In this document: piece by piece, positions 48,791-62,548 of the stretch
Numbering within the stretch: the first letter of the stretch is position 1
How the letters are laid out: every line of letters starts with the position of its first letter
NCBI RefSeq assembly: GCF_963921235.1
Contig: NC_086106.1
Location: 20,274,001 to 20,338,000 of the forward strand
Length of the DNA stretch: 64,000 nucleotides
Direction of reading: 5' to 3'
From: Mobula hypostoma
Taxonomy: Eukaryota
Program-made: the position numbers and the translations under genes
Notes under the pieces: model-generated
What the model was told of the DNA's origin: nothing
What the model saw: the letters and a program-made list of their open reading frames with translations, nothing else
The model's database searches: none

Positions 48791-50290
48791 CTCATCACAT
48801 CTCTAATCTTCCACAGGGCCGAAAACGCTCTGTATTCCAAAATATGCTGTACCTCCACAAGGGGGAAGAGATATCCGATTAAGACGGCGCAGGCCATATT
48901 GACAACGCAGGAGGAACAGAGGCAGCAGTCTGAGTTCCTGAGACCACCCGGTACGATAATTGGCCATCTTTTCCTTTAACACGATCTTTGTTTTGCACTT
49001 GCATGGTTGCCCTTTAAACTGAAGCAAGTATTGTTGTCATACGCCCCTCCCCCTTCCTTAACCCAAATATGATTAAAAACACAAAACTTATGCCATCTTA
49101 AGTTCGGGGACAATATCCAACTGAAGTATACAGATATTCAGTTTCAATCTGGGGCATGGGCCATCGAAGCTCATGGACGTCAGGCCTGCTATTACCCTCA
49201 TTTAATGCACTTCCTTCCAAAAATAGGACAACCTATGCAGTTGTGCATTAATTCTGCTTGAATTTGTCACTAGAATAGATAAAGAGAAAGGAGCTAAATA
49301 AATTATGAAATTTAAAAAAAAATCACATAAAATCACAGAAATTCACAGAAACATACACAGAAGCAAACAGTACCTGTGAAGTGGCGGTAATGCTTAAGAA
49401 GAGAACGGATTGATATCCAGACGAATCAGACATCAAAGGTGACGGGGAGAGAGGGTTGCATGTATTATTATGTTAAGTTGAATATTAATTTCTGTACAGG
49501 TTGGAATCGCCGAATGGCCTACTGCTGTTCACACTGCTTGAAGGGTTTGTGGAGGCTGATGCACAATATTTAGGAAGTATCTACATGAGCAGAGGAATCT
49601 ATGAGCCAAGTTCATGTACGTGGGATTAGTGCAGGTGAGTATTTAATATTCTGCATCGGTATGGTGTGCTGTTTCTGTGCTTATTGCGCCGATTTTCTAT
49701 TCCAGGATTCAATTAAACCAGGACTTCACTACCTGGGGTTCACGCACCCCTTGAAATATGCTATAGGTTGATAGTAGAAGAAGGTTGGGAACTCCTGTCT
49801 TAAATAGTCTTAAACAGGCTGACATCTTATCGGGAGAAGCTAAAATCGAACAAAATCTGGTGTTCGTCCTCTGGAGTTAGATACGGCAGAAGGTAGAAAC
49901 ACAGCTTTACAGCACTGCACAGGCACTTTGCCCCACGATATTGTGCCGACGTTTTAAGGAAACATGAACAATGTAACCCCTCACTACCAGATAGCTCTTC
50001 AGGTTTCTATCATCCATCTGCCTATCTAAAAATCTCTTAAAAGTCTCGAATTTCTCTGCATCTAACACTACACTTGGCAACGTGTGTCACACGCCATTTA
50101 TGTCTGATATCCTTCTGTATACTTCACCCAAATAAACTTAAAATTATGCCGCTTCATATTAGCTACTTCCTCCCCGGGAAAAAATGTGTCTGGCTGACCA
50201 CTCGATCTTTGCCTCTTATCAGCTTTTATACATCTATCATATCACCTCTCAGTGTCCTTCACTCCAGAAAAAAAAACCTAGCGTGCACAA

Positions 50291-53200
50291 TGTGTCACCA
50301 CCAGGGGCTGTTTGAAAGAAAAAATATATATTTTTTTCAGTTAGTATGTGGACTGTATTTTCTGAGTGTCATCTCGAGGGTACATATTGTTCTTTGGATT
50401 GCTTATCCTTTGAATTTAATTGCTTGTCTTTGAACTAGCTCGGGGTTTTCACTGTTTGCAGCCGCCTTATTTGTTATTATGGAGATTTTAAGGTCTTTTT
50501 GTATTTATCACTTTTATTCAATTTAGAAACAATTGAATTGGCACGGTGGTTTCAATGTTTGTTTTGTAGTTGTTGGCTTTGTTGATTTTTGCTTCGTCGA
50601 CACCCATATTATCTGATTGATCCTGATATCGTATAAACTCTAGGCTGGACTTCAGGTGGGCATACTCGGTCGCTGCGCTTCCTTGTTCGGTGAAACTTAA
50701 ACAGGGTTCTTCTGTGCAGTGTGAGTGATTTCCGTTCGTCAAGCCTCTGTATAGTTTGCTGAAGCTCTTGTTAGTTTTTTTCGAATTGACTTTATTGAAT
50801 TGGATTTATTACTTACATCTTTCATATACATCAGGAAAAAAACATTTACGTCATATCATCTAAATCCGCAATGTGCAATTTATAGTAATTTATAATAAGT
50901 AGTATGTACAACAGGATAGTCAATATAACATAGAAGTACAATTGCATCAGTATGAATTAATCAGTCTGATGGCCTGGTGGAAGAAGCTGTCCCGGAGCCT
51001 ATTGGTCCTGGCTTTTATGCCACAGTACCGTTTTCCGGATGGTAGCAGCTGGAACAGTTTGTGGCTCGGATGACTCGGGTCCCCAATGATCCTTCGTGTC
51101 TTTTTTAGACACCTGTCTTTGAAAATGTTCTGATTAATTTCTGTAATATTTTCTGGTTATGTTTTTGTATTAAAGCTTTAGTTTTGTGGGAATTCTTTGT
51201 GGTTTCTGCATTTGAGTTCGCTCCTGATCCTCACCATACGACCCAGTCAAGAAAAATGAACTCAACAGGATTCGGCGTCTGATTAGATTTGGCAAAGTAG
51301 AATGTCACGGTCAGTAATCACAAGCAGCAGATGCGGGAAATAGCCATGTCTTTCTTTGCCATCAAGGGAATTCTAATAGCCGGGGAATCAGGTACGCCAC
51401 GACATCGGGGGGAGAGTGCCGATATTTCCTTAAATCAGCCTGCTCCAGAGTGCTTCTTCGGACGTTCCGAGTCGTGCCGTGGGTTAATAACCCAGTGTTC
51501 TCTGGTGTTCGAACTGATGCCGCACATGTTTCCTACCGGACGAAGTAAATGAGCTTATTTCATTTCACTCCTCTCCGTTAAAGTTCTGGTTAAATGGTTA
51601 AGTGGGAGAGTAGGGATCACGAATGTTCTATTATTGATCTATTTATTATCGTCCGAAAGAGGGTGTTTAATCACCCCATCCCGTGGATAGCCAGCAGCTG
51701 CAAGACTTCTTGGCATAAGACAGGGGTCAAGGAGTATGGCGGACTATTCAATCGAATTCAAGTGTTGCAATTGAATTCAAAGCTTTGGCGCATATTCTAC
51801 CCATATTCTACAGAGGGCTCAACAACAATCTTAAAGATGAACTGGCAGCCTGCGATCCTGTAGCGGACATTAACGGGCTAATCGATTTAGCCATTCGTCT
51901 AGACATCCGTCTGGCGACGAGAGCGACGTCAGCAGAGTTCCAGCTTTTATCCTACCTACCCTCTCTCCCCCCACCCCCGGCCACCGTAGAATTTCCTCCT
52001 GCAGACCCTTCGCCAAACTACTCAACTGATGCCTTGGAAGTAATGCAGTTGGGCAAGACACACCTATCGATTATTGAACGGGATAGAAGATTTAAAGAGA
52101 GACGTTGCTTGTACTGTAGGCGGCTGGAACATTATCTGACATGTGCCACAAGAGGTCAGGAAACCTCAGGAAGTCGCCCAGTAAAGGGAGGTCTCTGAAG
52201 GCCCCGAGGGCTTCTATCATAAGTACTTCCTCGGAGTTACATTTACTCTCTTATTTGAAGTCGAATCAAAAGCAGTTTTCCACATGCCATTTATCGACTC
52301 GGGTTCAGCGGGTAACTTTTTACATTTAGGTGTGGCCCAGCAAATAGGGGTCCTAATTTCTAAGCTTGATCATCCCCTTAAGGCCATTGCCCTGTATATT
52401 AGACCTCTGGAGCCGGGTAAGTTTTGGTACATTTCCTGACCGTTGGGTTTTTGGGTAGGGAATTACCATGAAACATTAATGTTCCACCTGCTTCATTCTA
52501 CAGAAACTCTTCTTTTATTTGAGCATCCATGGTTGTCTCATTACGTTGAATGGTTCTGGGTATTTATTTCTGATTTGTCCGCCAACTGCCGGAATGTTTG
52601 TTTCTTTCATCGGTCCCCCAGAGCACGAGTATGAGCTGAGAGCCCGAGGGCAAAACGAAGAACTCTGAACCTGTATTCGACATTCCTAAATTAGAATCGG
52701 TTAATGAGATAAAGCAAGCCCTTCCCACTACTCAGATCTTTTAGCAGCTTTTAGCAAGTATAAATCTACCTCCCTGCCATCCCACCGTAATTATGATTGG
52801 GTCATTAAGTTATTGCCGGGTTCTTGCCCTTCCCGAGGGATGTTGTTCTTCCTATCTGGTCCTGAGAGAATGGTTATGGACGATTACCACAAAGAAGGAC
52901 TGAGAACTGGTATCGTTACGTCTTTCCATTAATGAACTCGGCATATGATTTACTGCAAGGCGTCAAACTTTTCACTAAATTGGATCTCAAGAATGGCTGA
53001 AACTTAATTCGGTTTCGTCAGGGTGATGAACAGAAGAGGACATTCAATACTCCAACCAGGTATTATGAGTACCTTATTATGCTCTTTGGGCTTGTTAACT
53101 CTCCAGCAGTTTCTTTCAGACATTTATTAACGATGCCTTGAGAGAAATATTAAACAGAGTTGTCTTTGTTTACCTATGCGAATTTTTGATTTTTTCAAGC

Positions 53201-55428
53201 TTTTTATCAGGAACATGTATCCCATGTTCGTCAAGTTCTTCAGTGTTTATTAGAGAAGCACCTATTTCTCAAGCTGAAATTTCATGTGTGAATTTCATGT
53301 TCCTAGAAGTTCCTTTTGATATTTCCCAGGGAGACCTACTAATAGAACCGGATTAAACTCGTGCCTTTCCGGACTGGCCCACTCCCACTTCGGTCAAGCA
53401 GATTCTGAGATTTTTGTAGTCATCTAACATTTATAGGAGATTTTAAAGAATTTTTGTTCTGTAGCTGCTCCCCTTATTAATTTTACCAAGGTAATTGTGG
53501 GTCATTTATGTTAGAAGGTGGAGCCGGATTCGGCATTTAGCGACATTAACAATCGTAATCTGCTGCCACATTGCGCCTACCAAGCCCTGATTTGCCCTTG
53601 AGGTGGGTGTTCCCAAAATCGGAGCCGGGTCAGTCTTGACCCAACGTTCCACAAACGATAAAAAGCTCCATCTCGGTGTTTGCTGTTCGAAACAGTTTGT
53701 CACCAGCCGAATCCTATTATGATACAGGAAATCGGGAGTTGTTGGCTGTTAAGCTGGACTTAAATGAGCTCCGGCACTGGTTGGAAGGGGCGGAGCATCC
53801 ATTTATGGCTTGAACGGATCGTATGACTTTAGCTTATATCCAGAATGCCAGGAGACTTAACTTACGACAAGCCAGTTTGGCATTTCTTTTAACCGTTTGA
53901 ATTTTGTCATTACTGTACTTATCGTCCGGACTCTAAAAACCTAAAACCTAAAACGGTTTATTGAAGCGGTTGTTTAGAGTCCATGGATTACCTCGATATT
54001 ATTTCCAACAGGGACCATAATTTACGTCCAAGTTTTGACAAACATTTTGTAAACTTGTTGGAGCGACTTTTAGCAGTTCCTCCGGTTTTCACCCACAAAC
54101 GAATGATCAGATCGAGAGAACTAAGAAAGATTTGGAATGTACTGCTCGTTCACTTGTTTCTGGTAATTAATACATTAAGAAGGACTTTTAAATTGGGCAA
54201 TGGAAGTGCATAACACCCTTCACCATACTTACTTAAGAAGTCTCCTTTCGAATATTAATTTGCATCCTCACTTTTCTGAGCATGAAATGGAAGTCGGTGT
54301 TCTGTCTTTTAAACAGCTTGTTGAGCGCTGTCGACAGCAATGGATTCTAGCCCACAGGACTTCGAGAGCTTGTTTCGGCGATTCAGCAGTTCCATGCCAA
54401 CAGGAAGAGGCGACTGGGTCCTTCTTTTTGCGTGATTCAGCGGGGGTGGCACTCTAACCAAGACCTCCCCAAAAAAGTTGAATCCCAAAAGCTTGCTCCT
54501 CGCTTTAGGATTGTTAAGAAAATCATTCCTGTAACTTATAGATTACAGCTTCACAGATCTCTTCGAATCCATCTCACCTTTCAGGTCTCTGAACGTAAAC
54601 CCTTACTCTTTAGTCCTTTAGCCGCTACTCTAAAGTTTCCGCCTCCTAAAATCATAGACGGATCACCTTTTTACACTGTCCGCAGACTGCTTGACCCCTG
54701 GCAAGTTAAGGGTCAGATCCACTGCTTAGTCAATTGGGAGGGACATAATCCGAAGGTAAGTAGTTGGGCTCCGACTAGCGGTATTTTAAATCCTGATCTG
54801 ATTACTGATTTTCAGCGTCTTCATCCAGATCGCCCTAAGTCGCCAGGAGTTTGCAGCAGAATGGGAAGGGGTAGTGGTGGTGACGCTTCCAGGGGTCGTT
54901 CATTTTATTTTCTGTTAGTGAATGGACTGTATTTTCTCGGTGTCATCTCGTGAGTATGTAGTGTCCTTTGTATTGTTTACCCCTTATGTCTAATTATTTT
55001 ATCTTAGCATTGGCTCTAGTTTTCCACTTTGTTTTGCAGATGTCCAATTTGGTATCATGGGGACTGTTAAGATCTCTTTGTATTTATCACTTTTATTCAA
55101 TTTTAGATAATTTAATTACCATGGTGTTTTTATGTTTTATGTTGTAGTTGTTGGCTTCGCGTATTATTGATTCCCCTGGTGGCCTACGTGCTCCAAGGTG
55201 TATTTCGGACGGGGGTAGGGGCATGCCACCCTCTCTTTGCTGTGTCGTTGTTTCGTGAAACTCAGTTCGAGTTCTACGCATCGTGAGTGATTTCAATTCG
55301 TCATGATTCTGTACAGTTTGCCAGAGCTCTTGTTAATGGTTAATTTCAGAGATAAAGCTTTAAATTTGTTTGAGTTGCGAAATTCTTCGTGATTCGCGCA
55401 CTTGAGTTCCCTAGTGACCCTCACACAA
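50291..55428 (+). mobile_element. Old chromovirus-type (Sushi-like) Ty3/Gypsy element with two diverged LTRs
   Basis: LTRs ~50291-51237 (with a LINE insertion) and ~54875-55428; gag ATG ~51256; CCHC knuckle ~52105; protease IDSGSAGNF ~52285; RT FTKLDL; RNase [13 protein letters not shown]; chromodomain ~54670-54830. Confidence 0.85.
50783..51125 (-). mobile_element. Rex-Babar-like LINE 3' fragment inserted in the 5' LTR
   Basis: Present in LTR1 but not LTR2; CAGTCTGATGGCCTGGTGGAAGAAGCTGTCCCGGAGCC-type 3' end. Confidence 0.6.
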
Positions 55429-55439
55429 TGTATACTCGT

Positions 55440-57230
55440 AAGACCTATCCTCCAATGCAGGTAGCATCCTGGTAAATCTGCTCTGCATCCTGACTAACGC
55501 TTCTACATTCCTGCTATAAAGAGGCGACGGCAATTCATTACGATATTCCAAATGTGGTTTAACCAGGGTTTTACAGAGATGTAACATCAATACTTGAACT
55601 CAATCTCACGACTAATGAAGACCCCTAAGCCTTCTTCCCAACGCTATCAATTTGCGCCGCATCTTTGTCGGATATATGGACGTGGACCCCAATTTTCTGC
55701 ACACTACTGAGAATTCAGTCATTAACCCTGTATTCTCCCTTCAAAATTGGCCTTCCAAAGTGAATCACTTCACACTATTCCGGATTGAACTCCATCCAGT
55801 TCTCATCCCTGTTCTGCACCATATCAGCATTCAATTGAAACCTAAAATAAGCTTTTACACAATGGTGCAACCCCACCACCCTATATGCCACATGAAAACT
55901 TACTAACCCACTCTTCCACTTTCTCATCCATGTCGCTAATAAATATCACAAACAGAAGGGATCCCAGTACAGGTCCCTGCAGAACGCCACTGGTCACCGA
56001 CCTGCAGGTAGAAAACGCGTTATATTCTACAGAGGAGGTTCACAAGGAAGAGTCCAGGAATGAAAGGGTTATCATAGGAGAAACGTTTGTTGCCCCTAGG
56101 CCTGTACTCGCTGGAACTCAGGAGGATCAGCGGGATCTCATTGAAACCTTTCGAATGTTGAAAGGCCTTGACAGAGTAGATGTGGAAAGGGTGTTTCCCA
56201 TGGTGGGAAAGTCTAGAACAAGAGGGCACAGCTCAGGATAGAGGGGCGCCCTTTCAAAACAGAGTTGTGGAGAAACTTCTTTTGTCAAAGGGTGGTGAAT
56301 TTGTGGAATTTGTTGCCACATGCAGCTGTGAAGGCCGGGTCGTTGGGTATATTTAAGGCAGAGATTGATAGATTCTTTATTGGATATGGCATCAAATGTT
56401 CCGGGGATAAGTCCTGGAAATGGGGTTGAGGAGGAGATAAGAAGTGATCACCCATGATTGATTGACGGAGAAGACGCAAGAGCGTAATTTTGCTCTCATG
56501 TATTATGGTCCTCTTGTCTAAAATACTTAATTAGTTCATTTTCCATCTCTATTTGTCCCCTCCCCCTTATTATTTCTCCAGCCTCATTTTCTAGCAGTCC
56601 GGCATCTACTCTGATCTCTCTTTTATTTTATACATGCTAGTAAAAAGCCTTTACTATCGACTTTGATATTGTTTGCTAGCCTGCTTTCAGATTTCATCTT
56701 TTCCCTCCTAAGGATTCCTCTAGTTATTTTCTGTAGTTTTTCAAAAGCTTCCCAATCCCCCGTCTTACCACTAATTTTTGCTTTGTTGTATGCACTCTCT
56801 TTTGCTTCTAAATTAGCTTTGACTTGCCTTGTTAGCCAGGATTGTTCTATTTTGTTATTTGAGTATTTCTTTGTTTTCGGCATACGTGTATCCTGCACCT
56901 TCCTCTTTTCCCCTAGAAACTCACGCCTTGCTGCTCTGCTGTCATTCCTGCCAGTATCTTCTTCCAATTTATCTTGGCCAGCTCCTCTCTCATACCACTG
57001 TAATTTACTTTACTGCACTGAGATACTGCTACGTCAGGCTTTTCTTTCTCTCTATGAAATTTCAAGTTGAACTCAAACAAATTGTGATCACTGTCTCCTA
57101 AGCTCCCTATCCACTTGCGGTACATAGCAACCAATCCAGTATAACTGTTGCGCTGGTAGACTTAACAATAATCTGGTCTAAAAAGCCATCTCGTAGGCAT
57201 TCAACAAACTCACTCTCCTGAAAACAGTCC
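55440..57230. mobile_element. Cluster of CR1 fragments in both orientations (minus ~55440-55960, plus ~55960-56515, minus ~56520-57230)
   Basis: RDLIETFRMLKGLDRVD (plus); LGDSDHN..FNLKF endonuclease end (minus). Confidence 0.8.
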
Positions 57231-58530
57231 AGTGGTTGTTAGCGATTTGCATTTCCAGAGATGACCAATAAAAAAGAGGTTTCACTGTGGCGCCTCGTCC
57301 GGGGTAGAATTCGTTGAACGCTGTGTGACTGCCCTAAAAATTGTGTATGTATGTTTGTGTTTAAGCCTGTGTTAAATTATTATCCGGGACTTTTGAATAA
57401 GACATGGACGCCGTAGGGATTAAGTCCTGTTGCGTTTCAAAGAAACTGACGGTAACTGAGGTTTATATTTCGAGAGGGTTGGTCATCCGCGGCCCAGTTG
57501 AGTTGCTGATTGGGTTTTAAGTAACGTTGAAGTTTTAGGAAAAGTTGCGATCATGGAACGGCAGTTTGACCAAACGGCGACAAAGGCACGAGTGATAGAC
57601 AGAGAGAGGCATCCTCTGGTTGACAGGAAGGGTCACAAGAGGTGGTTCAATCTGGAGTATCTCAAGATGGGATAAAGAGGTCTCAAAGAGTCAGAACACT
57701 CCCTCCCCCCGATAGGCTGGCCTATGAAGCACCGAGGAAACAGAGTGCTGCGTCTATCCCCCGAGTGAGATATGTCACCATCATTCACAAATGAATTCGA
57801 GACAATGACATTACGAAATTTTTTAGAATACTGTACTGTATTATTAATGATGGGTTGAGAAGTTTAAAAGTCATGAGAACCGTTTTCTGGTGGTGATGGT
57901 GCTGGTGGGGCGGGGTGGTGGGGGGGGGGGGGTGGTGGTGGTGAGTGTATAACGCCCTGATTACGGTTTTTACTGCTATCCTGTAGGCATTTCATTTTAG
58001 CAGGTTCTGTAAGAGCAGTCTGTTCAGCTTTCAGCTTGCTTGCGTTTGAGCTGAGATAAGGAGCATTGAAATGTAGTGTCAGGCGATCAGGATGGTGAAA
58101 TTCGGAGAAAGTTCTAGAGAACACAGGGCCGATAGGTTGTTGTGAAGGACACTTGTATCGGCTGAAATCGATTTTGGAGCTGGGAGAAGAGAGGAGAGAA
58201 GATGGCTGAGGATGCTGTCACAGTTGCACAAGGTGATTTGTGCAGATGAATGGCTTCAAGTAGGAAAAAACAACCCTCCCGTGAGAGAGCCCATTTGTTC
58301 GAGCGACGTTCGGAAGGTGGCGTGTACTTTAATGCAGTCCGAGGGTCCAGCGCTTGAATTAAAGATAACTGTAAGATGAGCTCCAACTTATATGCACATT
58401 TGTCGGTTTAAATATGGTGGATTCTTTTGTGTTTTCTTTTCCTTTCTTTTCTTGAATATCTGTTTGGTTAAGTTAACATTCTTAAATATATATATATTTA
58501 GCGTTTAGTTCAACGTTCAACACCATCACA
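57230..58530 (+). mobile_element. Internally deleted non-autonomous LTR element (LTR tail, degenerate PBS, ~650 nt internal, G-rich PPT, LTR)
   Basis: GAGGTTTCA-CTG-TGGCGCCTCGTCCGGGG 57276-57304; G-run ~57900-57945; LTR from TGTATAACG 57946 shares a 261-nt block with 58841-59101. Confidence 0.55.
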
Positions 58531-59604
58531 CTCTCAGTAGTAATAAGCAAGGCCCCAAAAGTTGTAAATCTGTACCTGCCTCTACATCTGAATTCCTGAC
58601 TTCCTCAACCAACACATATAAAAGTTGCTGGTTAACGCAGCAGGCCAGGCAGCATCTCTAGGAAATCATGACTTCCTCATTGGGATCCCACAGTCAGTGC
58701 GGAGCGGAAATAGCTGATCATCTTGGTTCATACTTTTACTGTTAGTTGCATGTACTTCATTTAGCAGTTCCGCAAAAGCTGCCTGTTCTGTTTTCTGCTT
58801 GATTGAGTCATTGCTGAAGATAAGAGATAAGGAGAAAGCTGGGCCGATAGGTTGTTGTGAATGACACTTATATCGGCCGAAATCGTTTTTGGAGCTGGGA
58901 GAAGAGAGGAAGGAAGATGACTGAGGATGCTGTCACAGTTGCACAAGGTGATTTGTGCAGATGAATGGCTTCAAGCAGGAAAAAACAATACTCCCGTGAG
59001 AGAGCCCATTTGTTCGAGCGACATTCGGAAGGTGGCGTGTACTTTAATGCAGACCGAAGGTCCAGCGCGTGAATTAAAGATAACTGTAAGATGAGCTCCA
59101 ATTAGGATGATCAAATTAAGGGGAGGTTTCTCTGTGTTGTGACCCGAAAGTTGGGCTTAGAACTTTTGATCGAGAGGAGATGAAGAGGGAAGGTACAGGA
59201 GACAAGAGGTCGTAGGATTAGACCTGGAGCAGAACCGTGATTCGACGAAGCCAGGGTCAAAATCGATTGAGGATCGATGGAAAAACTTTGAGCTCCAACT
59301 TGCGACTGTTTCATTACAATGGGTCCTTTCCTTTTCTGTTCTTTTCTTTACTAACCCTATAGTCAAATAAATTCAGTCAAATATATATATCATAAGATAT
59401 GGAAATTAAGGTAAGTATAATCCTTTAATCATATGTGGTGTACAGTCTGTTATTTTGTGATACTAAATTGTTACAGTGTAGCAAATTATACAACATCCAC
59501 ACAAAGAGGCATTGGGGTGGGAGAGAGCCTTAATCTCAGGCGTTTAGAGGCGCCGGATATCTTCACTCGACTTACGCAGCCAAGAAAACCAGGGGTTTTC
59601 ATTG

Positions 59605-59622
59605 TGGGGGCTCGTCCGGGAT
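59605..59622 (+). other. tRNA-Pro primer-binding site
   Basis: TGGGGGCTCGTCCGGGAT, the 18-nt complement of the tRNA-Pro 3' end. Confidence 0.9.
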
Positions 59623-62548
59623 GATTTCGTTGGATGATGTGTGATTGCCGTGAGTATTGATTCAGTGGGTTACGATACGGTGGTTATGGTGGATTGCGTG
59701 TGTATTGAGTGGGGTAGACATTCGTGACAAATTGTTAATTCGAAATTTAAGTACCGGTAAAGCAGTAGGAACAGTTACGACTGTGGAGAGCAGGTTTGAT
59801 AAAATATCGGGTAAAGACTTTGTTTTAGTTCAGACTAGCGCTGACGTAACAGCGGAGAACTTCCTGGTACTATTGGGGACCCGGGAGAGGAGAGCGGCCG
59901 AATCGCAGCCGAGTCTCCCATAGCTGGGGAGACAGGCTTACTCTCGTCTCCGCGGAACAGGGGGAAGAAATGGACTGATTTGAAATGTCTCATGAGTTCC
60001 CTAGTGAAGAGTGAGAATTCTGAGTTAGTATCAGCCCTTACCTCCCTGGCGAATAAATAGCTCAGTGCCTAGGCAGCGGGTCCTAGCTATCGAAAGCTGA
60101 AAATGTTTTCAGGGGTGAAGCCCACCCCTGACAGGTAAGAGAGTATGAGACTTAGGCGGAGCGGACCTTTCAGATCCTGGATAAGTGGCAGTGCTTTGAT
60201 GACTAAAGAAGACAGCGGTTGATTGGTTGAGAGTTTGAGAGGCCCGTCTGCTGATGTAGTGAGATCCATAAAAACACAGAGCGTTTTTCTACCTCTGCGG
60301 GCTGCTTGCAAACGCTAGAAAATGTGTTTTGTGCGAGGGGAAGCCCAAAGGAGCTTATGACGGGGTTTCAGAACATGTTTCAGGAGAAGGGGGAGAAGCT
60401 TTCTTCCCATATTTTTCAGCTAAAGAGGCAGCTAAGTTGTTTGCGGCGTAAAGGGGCCATTCAGACCGCTGAGGTGCATCAGTTAAGAATAGACCAAATA
60501 GCGAAAGGCGTCCACTCCCAGGACCGGATCGCTTCGAGTCTCCGACTGGTTCGAAAGACGCGCCCCACTCCCTCATTAGTTGAGCTGATCAGAGAAGTAA
60601 GAAAGGAGGAGTATGCGTAGGAGGCGCGGAGAGAGTGAGGTTTCTTCAGCAGGGTACTGGGCACGTTAGTAGGCCCCTGCACTCGTGAACACGGATAACT
60701 CACCCCAGGGGGTGGTAAAGAAGAGTGTGGCAGAATTGAGATATTCCGGTTATTATCAGAGGGTGCGGCCACCTTGTACTACGGGGAGGCGGACCCTTTG
60801 AGGGGACGGACTCCGCAGAGGGCTGCTAGTGACCGGGGTCCCTCGAGAGGAGGAGCGGCCGGTATTGTCTGTTATAACTGGCGAAGAGGGCCGCTTCAGG
60901 CGGGAGTGTGAACGACGGGAAACCACTCTGAGAGTGAGCCCCCGGTACCTAAGTAGACAGAGATGTCCGGAAACTTAGAAGTGACCCAGTGAGGAAACGC
61001 CCTGGCGTCTCGCGGGGAACACGTTCCCAGCAATATATCAAGCATCATCCTAAAGCAAAGAAACCTATTCCTGAAGGCATTGTGGGGCCAAGCTCCAGTG
61101 TATCGCTACGGACAGTGGGCATTTACGCTAGAACCATACTTGACGCTGGCTCGCTGGACTTCGCTGTACCGTCCGTTTTACATCCAGAATTTGACGCATT
61201 TACCACTGACGTCACTCAGTACACTAGAGATCTGGGTCTTAGTGCGGGTGATTATCTGTATGATGGTTACTTGTCGTTGAAGCTGGCGTTTTCGGAGGCA
61301 GATGTGGGAGCAGCTGAGGTCCTTGATACATTTGCGCTGGACCCTGTTCAGAGGCGACAAATATTCCTATTGCGTGGAGGCTAAGGACAGAGTTAGAGAG
61401 GGCTTTCTGAAAATATTGTCTATGCATCTGGTGTTTCAAGCTGCTTTTGAGGAAGGGCATGGACACACTACGCTGGATAATGAGCTTAGTCGAGGGTCTG
61501 TGTGGTTCACCCAGTCAAAACCAGTCGCGTTACGGCCTGGCAAAGTAGCGAGAATGATGGGAACGCCAAATTTTCCAGAACGTCTGCGGCAGAGGCCCCC
61601 TTGGTGGATGCTCCGGATTACCACAGAGAGGAACCAGGCTGACCTGCTGTGTTACTGGTGAGACCCGAACTGCAGAAGCGCTCGATTATACAGGTGAACA
61701 GGATGGGAGTGTTGTCAGGAACGCTACGGAGAGGGAGGTCAGCATCAAGAGGGGATGCCACTGGCGCGCCTTTTCCCAGTGACGGTAATGTCTTGTGTCC
61801 CTGCAAGACAAGCCGGGGAGAAACTCTGTCCAAAAAGTGAAAGTTTTCAACTGAGTAAGTCAAATTTGGAGACTCCTCTGTAACTGAAGATTGAAAGAGG
61901 ATGTTGATAAAGAAGATGTTGAAACTGGAAGATGCCTTTTCTACTGACGACACAGCATCAGGGTGACAGAGGACACCCCCTTTAGAGAAAGTTCGCGGCG
62001 ACTGGCACCTGCAGAGGCGGAACACATTTGGCAGCATTTGTGGAATTTGGGATCATCACTGTGTCCAGAAGCCCTAATGCATCCCTATAGTAGCTGCCAG
62101 GAAGAATAATGGGAAGGTATGAATGTGTGTGGACGATAGGACATGAACAGGTGTACCGTCCCCAATCAATGTACTGTCCCGAGGATTGAAGAGGCGCTGG
62201 CTTGTCTGAGTGGTGCGAAGCGGTTCAGTGTGATTAACTTGTGGAGTGGGTATTACCAGATCTCCAAGTGTGAAGCTGACGAAAGGAAGACGGCATTATT
62301 ATGTTCACTGGGATTCTTCCAGTTCGAAAGAATACCGCAGGGCCTATGTGGAACCCCTGCGATTTTCCTGTGTGCCATGGAGATAACGGTGGGTGATATA
62401 AACTTGCTTGAGGTATTGCTGTATCTGAATGATTTCATAGTGTTCGAGTCCACCTTGGAAGAACACGAAGCGGGGTTACTGAAGGTGCTGGGCCGCCTGA
62501 AAGCTGAAGGTTTAAAACTTTCCCTGGACAAGTGCCACTATCCACTAT

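Noticed and set aside
49715-49800. IFQGVREPQ followed by GTAG as a J
   Set aside because: No RSS; looks like a hAT-type transposon end (AAGGTTGGGAAC).
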